64,000 nt of DNA from Bigelowiella natans CCMP2755 (taxonomy: Eukaryota > Protista > Cercozoa). A program made the position numbers and the translations under genes. Below, piece after piece: positions 62,863 to 64,000 of this stretch; position 1 is the first letter of the stretch; the number at the start of each line of letters is the position of its first letter. The stretch is from the NCBI GenBank assembly GCA_000320545.1, contig ADNK01003276.1:1-64000 (forward strand), given 5' to 3'. A model generated the notes under the pieces. It had not been told where the DNA came from and ran no database searches. It saw only the letters and a program-made list of their open reading frames with translations.

Positions 62863-63871
62863 CTCTATATAGTGAGTCTCCATTTTCTCTACCTTCGCCG
62901 TCCTTGGAAATGCCTTGAGAAGTGTATTAAAGGCACCTGGCGTAACGATAATACCGATAACGATGTAGGTGACATTGTATCTTTTTTAAGATGGTAAGAT
63001 AGTAATAACAATTGGCTTTGTGACCAAAAACAAGACCTGCAGCAGCATTCCTATAGTGATGAAATAGCAATTTGGACACTGAAAAGCTACAGCAAACGTC
63101 AATTCATGAAGAAGTGCTGATAGCACAAACACCACCGCTCCTGCTGCTTGTGCAGACAACTTAAAATGTCGCATACATGGATGGAACACCTGTGTAAAGT
63201 AGTGATAGCAAAAATAGTATCAAGTAGAAGAAGATGAAGAAACAGAAGAATGAAGAAGAATAAAGGAGGAATAACTCCTAATAAGAAGTCGAGATCTCTC
63301 ATCATTTATGAAACCATAAGATATGGTGAAATATGTACCGAGTAGTACTTTCCCTGCTGCTCCTATTCTTAATATCCCCTTTTGGTCATCGTATTTTTCT
63401 TCCTTTTCTACTTGCTACTACTACTACTACTACTACTACTGCGACTACTAATTCAAACTACTACATGATGGACAGCAAAATCGTGCACAGGAACGTTCCA
63501 GCGCCTAATGTCGACCGCACATAATGACGTACACTGCCTTATCACCATCATTCTATTGGCCTTATGTCCAAAATACAACAAAGAATAACCACTAGATCTC
63601 GTGAAACACTTATATTTCTGCTGAATAAATACAAAGTATCTCCCAGGCCATTGATCGATGCGTGGTGCTGTATGCGCTCATCACCTCCAGAAGTCTTCAA
63701 CTGTGGTTGCATTCCACCAGTCCTCGTAGAATTGCTTAATGGGATAATGCGTCACCTCTGCCAATATTGCAAAGTTGGCTTTAAATACGCAATAGAATGC
63801 CAAGAACCTGCACGTATCATCATGAAAAACATCGATAAATATCTCTTCAATCACCAGCTTCAAGAATATGT

Positions 63872-63911
<40 letters not shown>

Positions 63912-64000
63912 TTAGGAAGTATGTACATGTTATAAACGTCTTATATACATACATACACACATACATACATACATACATACATACACATCCTACACATCAG
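62417..64000 (-). CDS. MBOAT acyltransferase, DGAT1/SOAT (ACAT) family; 3' portion only
   Basis: Exons ILAEVTHY..QFYEDWWNATTVEDFWR|RWNVPVH, VFVLSALLHE (catalytic His), GMLLQ|VPL, GNILVWMNFVLG, ending ..DYDESGA*. The gene continues beyond the window. Confidence 0.92.

Overview
This is the left end of a eukaryotic nuclear chromosome, starting with a (CCCTAA)n telomere at 1-157. It holds about 13 intron-rich protein-coding genes whose introns are full of microsatellites. TTAGGG telomeres, high intron density and signal-peptide + LRGG presequences suggest an alga with a complex plastid, possibly a chlorarachniophyte (inference only). Recognisable genes are NEDD1/GCP-WD, mitochondrial GUF1/LepA (EF4), a GT4 (SQD2-like) glycosyltransferase, a RanBP2-type zinc-finger protein, a GRIP-domain golgin, DNase II and the 3' part of a DGAT1/SOAT-type MBOAT. 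The most striking signal is non-coding. My gene models alternate strand (- + - + ...), and the subtelomere plus the convergent (tail-to-tail) spacers are purged of TpA and enriched in TpG/CpA: strongly in the long spacers, weakly in the two short ones. Divergent spacers and most introns are TpA-rich. There are 893 nt with no TpA between the telomere and the first stop codon. Surviving TpAs are mostly CTAG, and fossil (TA)n microsatellites, telomere repeats and a probable TA target site appear converted to TG/CA. This points to a localised, context-specific T:A->C:G hypermutation or DNA-modification system, opposite in direction to fungal RIP, acting at transcription-termination zones and telomeres. 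Gene models were spliced by eye and counts are manual.
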